64,000 nt of DNA. It comes from Setoptus koraiensis. Taxonomy: Eukaryota > Animalia > Arthropoda. Below are positions 1 through 10,936 of this stretch, one piece after another. The stretch is from positions 2,480,001 to 2,544,000 of the forward strand of contig CM106585.1 in the NCBI GenBank assembly GCA_048013815.1, given 5' to 3'. Made by a program: the position numbers and the translations under genes. Every line of letters begins with the position of its first letter. Position 1 is the stretch's first letter. The notes under the pieces are model-generated. The model searched no databases, was not told the DNA's origin, and saw nothing but the letters and a program-made list of their open reading frames with translations.

Positions 1-2
1 TT

Positions 3-869
3 AATGGTTTGAAACTCGACGATGCCACTTACAAACTGTACGCGGTTAAAATCTACGATTATACAGAACGGATTCTCACAGACAATGGGGTTGAGGAACA
101 CTTCGCCAATCTAAATCAACTCTCATTGACGCACAGATCTAAATATCTACTTACCCGTGTAGAGCATATTCGGAATGCTAAATATGTGCCAAGTAACAAT
201 GATATTCTCCATAGCAGGGGTAAAACATGTGATATACAAAAGATAGAATTTCAGGTGAAGATCCCTTTGAAATTTGGTTCCTTCAAACAAACATTCTCAA
301 TGTTTGATGTAGGCGGGCAGCGCTGTGAAAGACGCAAATGGATTCAAGTGTTTGATGGTGTGACGGCGGTCATGTTCCTCATCGACAGTTCAGGTTTTGA
401 TGCGATAGATGAGGAAAGTGGAAATAACAAAATAAAAGAGACTATGAATTTGTTTCAGGAAGTCTGGACGACTCGTTTCCTGAGAAATTCCAATTTTGTG
501 CTCTTGTTCAACAAGCAAGATATATTACGACAGAAAATAGAACGCGGTCACAGAATTGAGGATCATTTTCCAGAGTATACCAATTATCATTGCCCGATGC
601 AAGATGCTACATCAAGTTGCATGGATTCAAATTACATTCGGGCACGGTCCTTCATCAGGGATAAATTTTTGCAAATTACTCGACAGGCAAACGAGCCAAG
701 AAAGTACAGTGTACCGAACTTCGTTCATATGAACAAATGTAGCCTTAAGCAGCCCAAAAGAGCTATTTGTTATCATTACACGACGGCTACCGATACAGAG
801 AACATCAAAAATTTGTTCGATCATCTTCAGAAAATGGTGATAAAATCAGCACTTGAAGTGATGACATAG
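3..869 (+). CDS. Heterotrimeric G-protein alpha subunit, Gs/Gf-like (5' part lies outside window)
   Basis: Motifs ILHSRGKT (switch I), MFDVGGQRCERRKWIQVF (G3), LLFNKQD (G4) and HYTTATDTENI (G5). The frame is open to the window edge. Confidence 0.93.
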   Translation, partial: NGLKLDDATYKLYAVKIYDYTERILTDNGVEEHFANLNQLSLTHRSKYLLTRVEHIRNAKYVPSNNDILHSRGKTCDIQKIEFQVKIPLKFGSFKQTFSMFDVGGQRCERRKWIQVFDGVTAVMFLIDSSGFDAIDEESGNNKIKETMNLFQEVWTTRFLRNSNFVLLFNKQDILRQKIERGHRIEDHFPEYTNYHCPMQDATSSCMDSNYIRARSFIRDKFLQITRQANEPRKYSVPNFVHMNKCSLKQPKRAICYHYTTATDTENIKNLFDHLQKMVIKSALEVMT

Positions 870-1279
870 AGGAAGAAAATCGGAGAGATTAATTATTTCA
901 CACACATGTCGAGCGACACATTTATTCCATAGTTAATGTGCTCAAGGAGAAGTGATTCATATCTGAAGTGATATCATGATGAATACCGATATTGTTTGTC
1001 TTGGAGCTACCACTCGATATCGCTTTTTGGGAGTTGAGTCTGCAACTCAAAACATACTAATTGTTTTCTGCGTAGCTTCGCTAAGTCTTTTGACATTACA
1101 AGTATGAAATTAAATGAGGCGAAAGTTTTGTTATCAAGATGGATGCTACGATAAAGCCTGTTGCTTTTATTTGTTATTTTGCATGAATTATTCGCAACTT
1201 TTCTGGACGATTGCGATTACTCCCAGTGTATTTTCTTGATGCTATTCTATATCGAGAATCATTTGTTTATCTTTAACAA

Positions 1280-2647
1280 TCAAGAGCTGTATTCACTTTT
1301 GATAGACTTCGCTATGGTGTTGAGTTGAATATTTGATGTACCCTCGTATATTTGACCTATCTTGGAATCTCTCAAATATTTCTCGACAGGATAATCTCTG
1401 GTAAAGCCGACACCACCCATCCACTCTATGGCTTTATTGGAGGTCTCTACAGCGACTTCACTAGCGTAATACTTGGCCATGGCCGCTTCTTTCATATAAG
1501 GTAGACCTGCCTCTCTAAGCCTAGCTGCGTTATAAATAAGTAATCTTCCCATTTCAATTTTCGTCGCTATATCAGCTATCTGATGTTGCATACCTTGGAA
1601 CTCGAATATTTTCTGTTTGAATGCTGTCCTCTCTAGGGTATATCTAACAGCGTGCTCAAACGCCCCCTGGGCTAGACCAATCATTTGCGCTCCAATACCA
1701 ATACGGCCTTCGTTTAGGGTTTCGATAGCTATCTTGTAGCCTTTACCATACTCACCAAGAATACTTGTTGCCGGTACACGAACATCCTCTAAAATCACTT
1801 GACAGGTGCTTGAGGCTCTAATACCTAATTTATTTTCTGGCTTGCCTAAACTCAAGCCCTTAGTATTTCTGTCTACTATGAAGGCTGTGATGCCTTTGTA
1901 GCCAGCACTGAAATCAGCATTAGCAAATACAATGTAGACTCCAGCGTCGCCAGCATTGGTGATCCAACACTTAGAGCCATTTATAATGAAATCATTTCCA
2001 TCTTTTTTAGCCGATGTTCTCAATGAGAATGCATCGGATCCAGCGTTCGCCTCGGACAAACAAAAGGAGCCGACTAGATTTTCAGCCGTTCGAGGAAGAT
2101 AATGAGCCTTTTGTTCTTCATTTCCGTATACCAGCAAAGTCTCGACAAATAGAGTATTATGTACATCAACCATCACACTTATAGAAGGGTCCACTTTGGC
2201 CAGTTCCTCAACAGCTAAGATAGTGGCAAAAAAAGTTGCACCAACGCCATTGTATTTAGGATCAACAGATATGTTCATTAGACCATTCTCAAATAGAGCC
2301 TCAATTACTTCAGGCAATATTTCAGATTTTTCGTCCATTTGCTTAACAAGAGGGGCAAATTTTTCCTTCGACAATTTAGCCACAGCCTCTTTCATGGCTA
2401 TCTCTTCTTCAGTGAACGTAGTCAATGGTGATGGATTGTTGTTGGCAAAACTGGAAGTAAGAGTTTGTTCGGCGATGCCAGACGAATACTGTCTAGGGTA
2501 ACTTTGTGAGAAGACATTTTTGTTGTATGGTTTACTGTTTCTTAAGGCGAGAGGGGAGATGTTTTTTGAGGCCGAATAGCTTCTTGTGGTCAAGCTAGAG
2601 TTCGCTAGCGATTGACTTAAAATTCTGGCAATAGTCAATTTAGACAT
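1280..2647 (-). CDS. ACADSB: Short/branched-chain acyl-CoA dehydrogenase, mitochondrial; intronless
   Basis: GSFCLSEANAGSDAF, NGSKCWITNA, TLNEGRIGIGAQMIGLAQG and KIGQIYEGTSNIQL; basic Ser-rich N-terminal presequence. Confidence 0.92.
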   Translation of the reverse strand: MSKLTIARILSQSLANSSLTTRSYSASKNISPLALRNSKPYNKNVFSQSYPRQYSSGIAEQTLTSSFANNNPSPLTTFTEEEIAMKEAVAKLSKEKFAPLVKQMDEKSEILPEVIEALFENGLMNISVDPKYNGVGATFFATILAVEELAKVDPSISVMVDVHNTLFVETLLVYGNEEQKAHYLPRTAENLVGSFCLSEANAGSDAFSLRTSAKKDGNDFIINGSKCWITNAGDAGVYIVFANADFSAGYKGITAFIVDRNTKGLSLGKPENKLGIRASSTCQVILEDVRVPATSILGEYGKGYKIAIETLNEGRIGIGAQMIGLAQGAFEHAVRYTLERTAFKQKIFEFQGMQHQIADIATKIEMGRLLIYNAARLREAGLPYMKEAAMAKYYASEVAVETSNKAIEWMGGVGFTRDYPVEKYLRDSKIGQIYEGTSNIQLNTIAKSIKSEYSS

Positions 2648-3441
2648 CTTCTTTATTCTGAACGTTTACGACGATGACACCGAGAGGTAAGCGCTACTCA
2701 CTACTATTGTTGATTCAATAACTAATAATAATCACTTGACCCTCGATTGTTATACAGGAAGGATAAATTAGGTAGAGTTATTGAGCGTGATATATTTAAT
2801 GTGAAACGAGAGTGTGCTTTAAGTTTGTGATTCGAGAGATCGCTGGAAACAGTGGTGCCAGTGCTGCAGAGGTAAGTGGTAAGGGTATCGAATTACCACA
2901 AAAAGAATGAAGGTTTTTATACACCGTATTCCATTGGACATTGAAACAGTGCATAGAAGTCGACCTGCTTTTTTGGCGCAGAGACGCTAATTGATCCTCT
3001 GCGCACAACATAGGTGGGGATAAGACTCGAGGGGAAGATCCTCTGCCAATGTCGAAAACCTTATCATCAAATGCCCATAATTAATCTCATTGATACTGGG
3101 GTGGTTGCACATACGCTGTGGTAATTATTTTCTGTACACCTTGTGTTAGCGTGTAGCTATCAGGAATGATCATTCTTGTTATTGATGTTTCAGCAGCCAT
3201 AGCAACAACAAAAAAAAACAATTTGCCAATAACAATAACAAGTTGTTTTGAGACAACAGCAACAACAAACGGTTCTCCCTAAAATGAAGTCAATTTCAAT
3301 ATCAAGATCGTACTATACATGTACCGCATTGATGAAAATGGTCACAACACACACTCATAAATGTGCAAAACAGATTGAATTCTGGGGCAACACAGATTGA
3401 GTTTAGGGGAGATCACTTTTAATTGTCTGATTCATCACAGG

Positions 3442-4368
3442 TCAGACTCTGCGACCGGCAGCCAGCTCGGCCAATTTTGGATTTTGCTGCAGAATGGCCA
3501 AGTCCAAGTCGTCTATGTGATAACCATTGGCCTTGTCAGCCAATTGAAGCACTTTGTAAATATCTTCTCCTTTTTTTATATTCAATGGAACAAATGTAAC
3601 AAGACTGTAATCCTGTATGACGTCAGCAATTGCCTTGGTGAGTGTTTTGTGTTTCTGATAAAACGGATCGTCGTCGATGCCATCAATCAGGTACTGGAGG
3701 TCTAATACCTCACAGTAGAAGTCTATGTTGAAGCGTACTTTGCCATACTTTTCAACTAAATCTACTTTTGATAAGACATTTACATGCGGAAGCTCTAGAT
3801 TCAGCATAGTAGATAGAGAGTTCATCAGCACTCCTATGTACTTTCCTAGATCACTGGCATAATGTGCGTCACACAAATTCAGACAAACCAACCTTAGATC
3901 TGTAAGGGCATTTTTGTGTGTGAGTTTTTTGATTATTGATCGCATTGCTGTATGATGGGTATAAAGTTCCGATTGACCGGGGCAATCAAATAACAGGTAA
4001 GGACGGTGTTTGGTAGGATCATCGGAGGCTAGCTTGGCTTTCCGTGCCTCGTTGTATGCTTTTAGATCATCGCTGATAAGCGACGCTATACGTTCAGCTA
4101 ACCAATCGAAATGCTTATCGAAATATTCCATACAGTGTATCATCGAGCCGTTTGGGCCCAACAGATATTTGGTCATGACATCTTGAACATTTATCAATTC
4201 GGCTATATCGATAGCTGGCTTGTAAGTGAGACAATCGTTAGCTGGATCTAAATTGATTATTTTGCTATTTCGGCCGAGTTGTTTAAGATTGTCATTGATA
4301 AATTTGCAATAAGTTGATTTTCCGCTCCCGGGTGGCCCAACGACCAGCTGTCCGAAGATGGTTGTCAT
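3442..4368 (-). CDS. GPN2: GPN-loop GTPase 2; intronless
   Basis: GQLVVGPPGSGKSTYC, INLDPAND, LGPNG, LLFDCPGQSELYTHH and LPHVNVLSKVDL. Confidence 0.92.
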   Translation of the reverse strand: MTTIFGQLVVGPPGSGKSTYCKFINDNLKQLGRNSKIINLDPANDCLTYKPAIDIAELINVQDVMTKYLLGPNGSMIHCMEYFDKHFDWLAERIASLISDDLKAYNEARKAKLASDDPTKHRPYLLFDCPGQSELYTHHTAMRSIIKKLTHKNALTDLRLVCLNLCDAHYASDLGKYIGVLMNSLSTMLNLELPHVNVLSKVDLVEKYGKVRFNIDFYCEVLDLQYLIDGIDDDPFYQKHKTLTKAIADVIQDYSLVTFVPLNIKKGEDIYKVLQLADKANGYHIDDLDLAILQQNPKLAELAAGRRV

Positions 4369-4451
4369 ATTGTTGTTATGTTATTTGTAATTAGTATAAT
4401 TATGCTGCAAATAGTAGTATCATTTTGTTAATTGTGAGGTGCGATTGGGCC

Positions 4452-4474
4452 TCCCTCTCTCTCTCTCTCTCTCT
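4452..4474. repeat. (CT)n microsatellite in the GPN2/UBE2Q divergent spacer
   Basis: Direct reading of the sequence. Confidence 0.9.
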
Positions 4475-4761
4475 AATGGCCCTGTGACAGCTTTTGTATT
4501 CACAGACCAGATACTTTTTTCCTGTATCTATCCGTAAATATTCGTCGGTGTTTTGTGCAGCGTGAGCGTGGTCATAGAGTTGAACTGAATTGACTGCAGT
4601 TTAGTCGATACTGTGCATAAGTTTACTACGTACAATACTTTCTCTGGAGTCTAGCCTGCAGAATAGCCTGCAACGTTTCAATCGGCAGTGCAGCTAAATC
4701 AGCAGTAGCATCGGCGACGGCGGCCGCCGCCGCAGAATCAGGCAGCAGCGCATAGGCACAC

Positions 4762-4770
4762 GGCGCGAAA
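4762..4770 (-). promoter_or_regulatory. E2F-consensus site (TTTCGCGCC) in the GC-rich core of the GPN2/UBE2Q divergent promoter
   Basis: GGCGCGAAA on the + strand; motif match only. Confidence 0.3.
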
Positions 4771-5205
4771 CGCTGTGCTTGGCTTTGCACATCTTAAAAC
4801 GCGACTGGCGCCCCTGGCGGATTTTGCCTAAACTGCATGCAGCAGCAATGGAAAAAGATCAGACAGTGCACATTCACATAAAGGCTTTTGATTATGTCTG
4901 TGTACATTTATATCACAAGTCCATTATTATATATCACAGAAGAAGAGTGCATTTTTTCATCACCACCACCACCACCATCATCATCACTACCACTACAACC
5001 ACCACAACCATCATTGTAGAGACATTTAATACAATCTATTACGATTTATCTACTATTATTATTATTTTTGTTGTTGTTGTTGTACCATTGTAATAATAAT
5101 AACAATAATCATCAGCATCATTATTGTATAGACGATACACACCCGATTAGAGAGTACTAGAGGATCCTCAGTTAATATTTAATATAGAATTTCCCAATAT
5201 TAAAT

Positions 5206-7120
5206 ATGGCGTGTTTGAACAAATTGAAAGCAGACATTCGTCGTCTTGAGGCCATCTTTCATTCAAATCATCACAGATTCCGCGTGCTATCAGCAAATGT
5301 CGATGAGATTAGCTGTTGTTATTTATTAGGAAATGGCAAAGAATTAATTATATATGCAAACATCACTGTAAGACAGTTGAATCCATCAGATGACCAAATC
5401 CTGCTCCATATATCCATCTCTTATGTCGTCCTTGCCCTTCTTTAATGATATCAATTTGTTATTCCAATCCATCTATTTCTCTAATCCCTCTTATATCAAT
5501 GTTCCAATCAATTTACTTAAAATTCTATCAATGATGTAGGAAGTATACCCGACATGTCCGCCCGTTTGGTTCTCCGATTCAGAAGACACCTCTCTCAGTA
5601 AAGTGATTGAATCCATGAGCGACACAACTGGTAATAAAAATCACATATTAGAACAAGTGAGAATATTGGTTACAGAACTATCTAGGCTCTATCAACTACC
5701 CCTTCCAGATGAGGTTAATTCATTGGCAACCTCCGCTGACCATGATTACTTCAATCGAGTAGCCACCGACTCCGCCGCATCGTCTACATCATCTTCTTCT
5801 GAGGCACCAATCTGTTGTCTATCCAACCCATCAAATCAAGAAATCTTCACCAATATGCAGTCCGATGAACATGCCACTACCTCAGCACTAATTTCAAATC
5901 TAGGACAATCTAATAAAAGTCACTCAAATGGAAACTCTACACAGAAAAATCACAGATCTAATAATAGCAAGCCCTCCTCGGTGCAACAAGAAGTTAACAA
6001 AGCATCTACAAAATCCAATTCCAAAAGTCACATGATCAGTAATATTGATACTGGTGATGCACACATTTCTTCCCCTGACTCTGATACAGTTAAAATATAT
6101 GATCATGAAGTGATAGAAATAGACGATGATGACGACGATGATGACGATGACGATATTCACATAGAGATGGAAGATGAGCCACATCTTGGATCCAGATCAA
6201 AAGAAGAAGGCATCAGTTCAGAGCATCAAGCGAAATTGGAGAGATTGCGCCAGGTGCAACGGGACAGCCACATGAAAGGATCACCCCAAGGCTCTGTCCA
6301 GGCTACTGATCGCTTGATGAAAGAATTACGAGAAGTTTATAAATCAGAAAGCTACAAAAGTGGCGTCTATACAGTTGATTTAGTAAATGATAGTTTATAT
6401 GAATGGAATGTTAAACTATCTATAGTGGACAAAGAAAATCCTCTACATACAGACCTCAAACAATTGAAGGAAAAAGGGGGCAAGGATCACATCATGCTCA
6501 ATCTGTTGTACCAAGATAATTACCCATTCGTTCCGCCTTTTGTTAGAATCGTTTACCCAGTGTTGACTGGCGGTTATGTCATGTCTGGAGGTGCTATATG
6601 CATGGAGTTATTGACAAAACAGGTAATGTGTTGATAGAACCTGATTTGAAAAATTATGATGCAGCCAAAAGCAAATTAATTTAATCTTCTATATATTCAC
6701 TTATTTGTTCTTTCAACAGGGCTGGAGCAGTGCCTACACAATTGAAGCTTTGATAATGCAGATTGCTGCCACTTTAATCAAAGGAAAAGCGAGAGTCAGC
6801 ACGTCTGGATCAAAGGTAAATAATCTGGGACACTGATAACCTTCGTCCAATTTATCCAACTCGTCTTTCAAATAATAATAACACCCCCCCTCAATCTGGT
6901 CTCCAATTGAATTCAACAGAATCTAGGACAATATAGTCTACAGAGGGCACAACAAACATTTAACTCAATTATTCAAATTCATAAGAAGAACGGTAAGCAC
7001 GATAATAAATTATTATTTTTTTCTTCACTCATGAATCTGGGAAAGAGTTAGTAATTAACACTTAAATCGTCGTTCTTCTATTGATTAGGTTGGTATACAC
7101 CACCAAAGGCAGATGGATAG
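5206..7120 (+). CDS. UBE2Q: Ubiquitin-conjugating enzyme E2 Q; exons 5206-5367, 5540-6622, 6720-6815, ~6920-6992, 7089-7120
   Basis: [15 protein letters not shown]...ANIT|[43 protein letters not shown]|GWSSAYTIE with catalytic Cys, and terminal [10 protein letters not shown]. All introns are GT-AG. The exon 4 acceptor is ambiguous (6919 or 6927). Confidence 0.92.
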
Positions 7121-7327
7121 AGGAAGTTGTAGAATGGAATAGACTATGCAAATAAACAATTTTGATTTTTATAACTAGAGCCTCAGACACAATTAATCGA
7201 CTCAAATGATGGATTGTTTGACTGGAAGTTCAACCTGAATCGACTCTTTCGAGTTACATCGGTATCAGTCAAACGTTGCTCAGTCGATGTTCTTACAGAA
7301 ATGTAGTCGATTCAAATATTTGAATAT

Positions 7328-8271
7328 CTAGTCCTCTTCGGCCGATAATTCCTCCGTTGTGACTTCCTGTTGTTGTGGCTGGCCTTTCTTCCATGACCAT
7401 TCCGGAGCCTGGTCCTTGTTATCTTTGGGTTCATCAACTTTAAATTGATCTTTTTTCACAGATTTCAAGGTAACTGTGAAGCCTATTTCTTTGCGCGCAT
7501 TTAGTAACATACGCTCTATCTTGGCCTCGTACTTAGGTATCTTTTTAAGTGGTGGTTTGACACTGAAATTATAGTGGATAAAACACGGAATTTTGATTAA
7601 TATTTTTTGTCTAGCTAGTATAAGAGCTTTCGTGCCAATTCTGTGTCGACTACTTACAACTTGCCACGCATGTCACTGACTTTGGTGGACAATTCGTGCA
7701 CCTATAGATTAGGGGTGAAGTAGATTGCAGATTAGATTCAATTATTATTGCATAGGAACTAAGATAACCTATATCGATGACTTTTTTGATACAGTACCTC
7801 TAAATCTTTTCGGCCAACATGGTACTCCAAGTCCCATTTTTCATTCTCTAAACTGCTAATACGTTCGTGAAATTGCTTGCAAATCGATTTAAGCTCATCT
7901 ATGGTTAGGTATGTTTAACAGATTCAAGAAACGAAATTGTTCAAAGAAACATGTAAGTTGTATAGGGATTATTCTAGTTTTGTATATAACTAACAACAAC
8001 AATCGACTGTCAACTTACTTTCATCCATTGTGTCAAAGTTTTTCTTTTGGCCAGCCCTCTCGGCAATTACTCGTCTTCTTTCAGCGGCTTTTGCCTCTTG
8101 TTGCCTCTTGAGTTCTTCGGCCGCCTTACGACGGAGAAGCAATCTCAATTTCTTCTTTCTTTCTGGAGTCATGAAACCGTTTTTCTTTGTTCTGCTCGCT
8201 GCCTGAGCCTCTAATCGAGCCCTTACCTCGGCCTTTTTGCGTTCGCGATCCTCGCGTTTTCGTTTCTCTTC
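7328..8271 (-). CDS. wupA: Troponin I; exons 8271-8019, ~7898-7798, ~7702-7659, 7562-7328; 5' exon(s) unresolved upstream
   Basis: EEKRKREDRERKKAEVRARLE, GFMTPERKKKLRLLLRRKAAEELKRQQE, ENEKWDLEY, VHELSTKVSDMRGKF|VKPPLKK and PEWS. GT-AG junctions keep the frame. Confidence 0.9.
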
Positions 8272-10936
8272 CTGTTTTTTGAGATACGTCAACAATTAAA
8301 TATTATTTGATTGAAATTGGATCAAGATGAATGATTTCAATTAGATTATAATAATTGGTGAATGTTTTCGGTCAATTGATATAATCGAATTGATGTAATT
8401 CAATCAATTGATAGAGTTTAATTATATAAACTAAGCAAATGTTTAAATATAAACTATTGTAAGTTGCGACTTGCCTGACTGATTAAATCGTTCATGTTGA
8501 TTAATTGAAATTGTTGATTAATTATTTGTTATTTGTAAGTGTGAATATAGTATTGTGTGTTGTCTACTTCCGTTGGGAATAACTAGAGATAGTATAAGAT
8601 TAAGTAGATGTTCGTATGTTTTTGTTTGTTTTTGTTTTAGTAATCTTGTGATATATATTGAAGAATTGCTACAGTAATGATAAATATCAAAGGTGTTGAT
8701 TCATAAGTTTTACTAGCTTTGTGTGCCAACATCATCGCCTATGATAATTAGTATCAGTAGTATGGTGTAAGTGATGTAAAAGCGCCAGTAGAAATCGCTA
8801 ACTTGCGTCGACGTCGCTCTCCTTACAAGTTGGCCTGTCTCTTAGAGGCAAATGGTAGACGTCTGGAAATGGGGGACGTGAGGGGTACAATGTCAGCATA
8901 ATATATTAGGGCACCAAGACAGGATAAGATGGATAGGAGTTAGGCGAGAAGAAGGGGGCAGGGGATAGTAGGGAAGAATGGTACAGCGAGGCAAGAATAA
9001 CAAAGAGAAACACGAAGCTAGTCAAATCATGAGTATTCCTATGGATAAATAGATTTGTCTAAACTAACAAAACTTCTTCTTCTACTATCACAACTAATAG
9101 TACCATCGTTGTTAGTCGAGCCAGCGAGTTCGTCGCAAACAGGCGACAACGAAGCAGCATTCTAAGGCTCTATCGTTCAATCAATAATAATAGGTTCACA
9201 AAACTATAGAAGAGCTTTAGACGCTATTCGATGAAGCGACGCTATGTGCTCTATGGGCGATGGAGAGCTAGTTTCTACAAGTAAGAGAAATGCCAAGAGC
9301 ATTTATTTATTATTATTTTTGTTTATATTCTAGGAGTTCATAGATACTCTCATACGATGATGTAGCGCCGAGTAATAAATGTAGGCTGCTTCACATCGGC
9401 TGTCATGGTGTATCTACCAGCTCAGATATCTTCAGACTTTGATAGCTGAGCCAATACGTTTGCTTGTAGAGCTGCTTTCTGTTGTATGAATAGCAGTAGT
9501 CCCTGAACTAATATATTAGTACAAAGTCAGTGAGGGGATTCATCTCTAAAAGTTTAGATTATAATCAGTGACTTGATCATAACTGTAGACGTCATGCTAG
9601 TAGCAGTAGTTGTTGTTTTTGGAACAAAAAAAGAATCATCATTTCCACTGGTAGTAAAAAGTGCTAAAGATTCGCTAAAGATGAAGAAAGACCATGATTC
9701 TATTTAGCATAATTTCAATATAAGATGTTGTGTGTTCGAAGCGAACACAATGATGGTGAAATGAAGAAAAATAATAGTAAGAAGCAAAACGAAACTCAAA
9801 TAGTCTGAGATGCACGATTTACTTATTTTTAATTTTCCTCTTATCCCAGCCGAGCCGATGTACATACAATATATATCGTTTCTTCATAATCAAGCATTTG
9901 TCTATATAAACACAAGATATTCGTCACACTAGCCGACACCAACCAACAACCATTACTAGTATAGCCTTGGCTAGTTTTTATGCGCCTTTACGCTGTTGAT
10001 TATCTAACAACTCCTAGACTATTGCTGCTATACGTTATTATCCTTTGATTTGATTTATTTCGCCTACGCCCGGCCTATTGATCATTAGGAACTATCTTGA
10101 AATTGGTTGCATCATAAAAAAGGGTGTTCGACGGTCTAGTTGACTTCAGTTTTCTAGCTCGAAATTGCAGTTGATAAAATCTTGCACAGGGGCCATTCAA
10201 ATGAATAACTGTAAATAAAACAATTCTACCAAATTACTAATAGACAGACTGTAATAGTTACGGTTTCACTTGTTAGTACCAAGATCGATATCAAGTTGGT
10301 TATACTAAACAGATCGAGGGCTTAGTTGATCAGACTGGTGCCTATGTCCCTTATGGTCGCATCATTGATGATTCGTGAATGACAAATCAAGCAAACCTAA
10401 CTCTTTGTAGCTAATGATGATGAGTCGTTTGTCTTATTAATGACCAGACAATCCATAATACAATCCGCGACCGTTCCGATTTGTCGCCCGTTCTGTATCT
10501 GTTTTACATACCTTTTGTGAAGTGTTGCAGGGTGTAATTATATGGCTGGTAATGATGATGGCGAGATTGCAGTGCTTCACTAACAAGATAAATAGATATT
10601 TAAAGAGCCGACATTTATCAATCATTTATCAATAGCTTGTTGCCATACAATCGATTGCTTATCATGTCGCCCTGTTGAACTCAACATGTACTGCAAATGT
10701 GATATGATATCGGGTGTGTGCGCTAGCCAACAACATAGTCACTATGACAACAATGATTCTATTAGACCAAGAAAATCTAAGTGATTTTAAGACGAAATGT
10801 CGCCATCCAATACAACAATTAATTCATTTAGCCATATCAAGAAACACTTCTGGTGAATATACACCATATGGAGTTGATGTTTTTAGTTTTAGACATTTAA
10901 TCAGCATCGACGCATTCCCTCACACAAAACAATATA

